This document shows, one piece after another, positions 63,450 through 64,000 of a stretch of DNA of 64,000 nt. Origin of the DNA: Lama glama (taxonomy: Eukaryota); contig CM052817.1 in the NCBI GenBank assembly GCA_028534125.1, positions 62,746,001-62,810,000 on the forward strand, read 5' to 3'. Below the pieces are notes generated by a model. The model saw nothing but the letters and a program-made list of their open reading frames with translations, searched no databases and was not told the DNA's origin. Positions within the stretch are counted from its first letter, which is position 1. The number at the start of each line of letters is the position of its first letter. A program made the translations under genes and the position numbers.

Positions 63450-63780
63450 CAACTTCTGGTAGTGTTAATAATTTCCTTACATTTAGAAATTTAGATTGAG
63501 TGAAACAGTTTTGCTATAATAGAGCAATAAATGGTATTTATTGTAAAAGTCTATAAATTACAGCTATTTCCTTAGGATAGATTCCAAATTGTGGAATAAC
63601 TGGTTCAAAGGGCTTGACTTGTTTATGTCACTTGATGTTTATGTGTTGCCAAATACTTTCCAAAAATATTATGATATTATGCATGCATACAAGCAAGCTG
63701 TGGACATTCGACTTACAGCATTCTTATCACAGTAGTTATTTTGAAGTAAAAACATTTCTGTTAACTTGGTAAGGAAAATT
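63450..63780 (-). mobile_element. L1ME-like fragment
   Basis: 'tatttccttaggatagattcc...gtggaataactggttcaaaggg', 'ttgccaaatactttccaaaaa'. Confidence 0.7.
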
Positions 63781-64000
63781 AGCAAATACTTCTCCATTTT
63801 TCACACACACAGAAATCCTTGAATGATTCTAAAGAAATGTGTAGCATTTTATTTCATAGTTGTAAAGCAAAAGAAACCCAAAAAACAATAAAAGCAAAAA
63901 ACCCCCCAATGTTTGCCTTCCTAAATAAAATATGGTCTAAGTTTACTTAAAGAATTCTGATAGAGTGTAGCTATTCATACTTGGTTTCTTTAGCTTCCTA

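Noticed and set aside
300..63800. TE strand bias as evidence for host-gene orientation
   Set aside because: L1 and LTR copies occur on both strands with only a mild plus excess; not enough to infer a host gene.
1..64000. Remaining 60-130 aa ORFs as genes; prokaryote-type systems (CRISPR, operons)
   Set aside because: Lengths fit chance, and the recognisable ones are decayed L1 ORF2 or ERVL gag/pol/dUTPase. The DNA is mammalian, and no regularly spaced repeat-spacer array is present.

Overview
AT-rich, CpG-depleted mammalian non-coding DNA (intergenic or deep intronic), most likely from a camelid. The evidence is a tRNA-Ala-derived vic-1-type SINE at 17483-17571 and camelid-type L1 3' ends. 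No protein-coding gene, functional RNA gene or CRISPR array can be supported. The listed ORFs are chance ORFs, N-gap artefacts or decayed L1/ERVL frames. Much of the window is interspersed repeat: L1 of several ages, L2, MIR, MaLR/ERVL/ERV1 LTRs, ERVL gag/pol/dUTPase remnants and MER5A. There is one assembly gap of exactly 500 N (19537-20036). Subfamily names come from recalled consensus sequences, not a search, and the boundaries of old repeats are approximate. I see no evidence of a new biological system. The most notable features are: a perfect 32-bp inverted copy of an L1 insertion junction inside a microsatellite 633 bp away; an ERVL internal inversion; a roughly 20-bp twin-priming L1 inversion; young TSD-flanked insertions; a well-formed 62-nt candidate exon; and several motif-rich unique islands.
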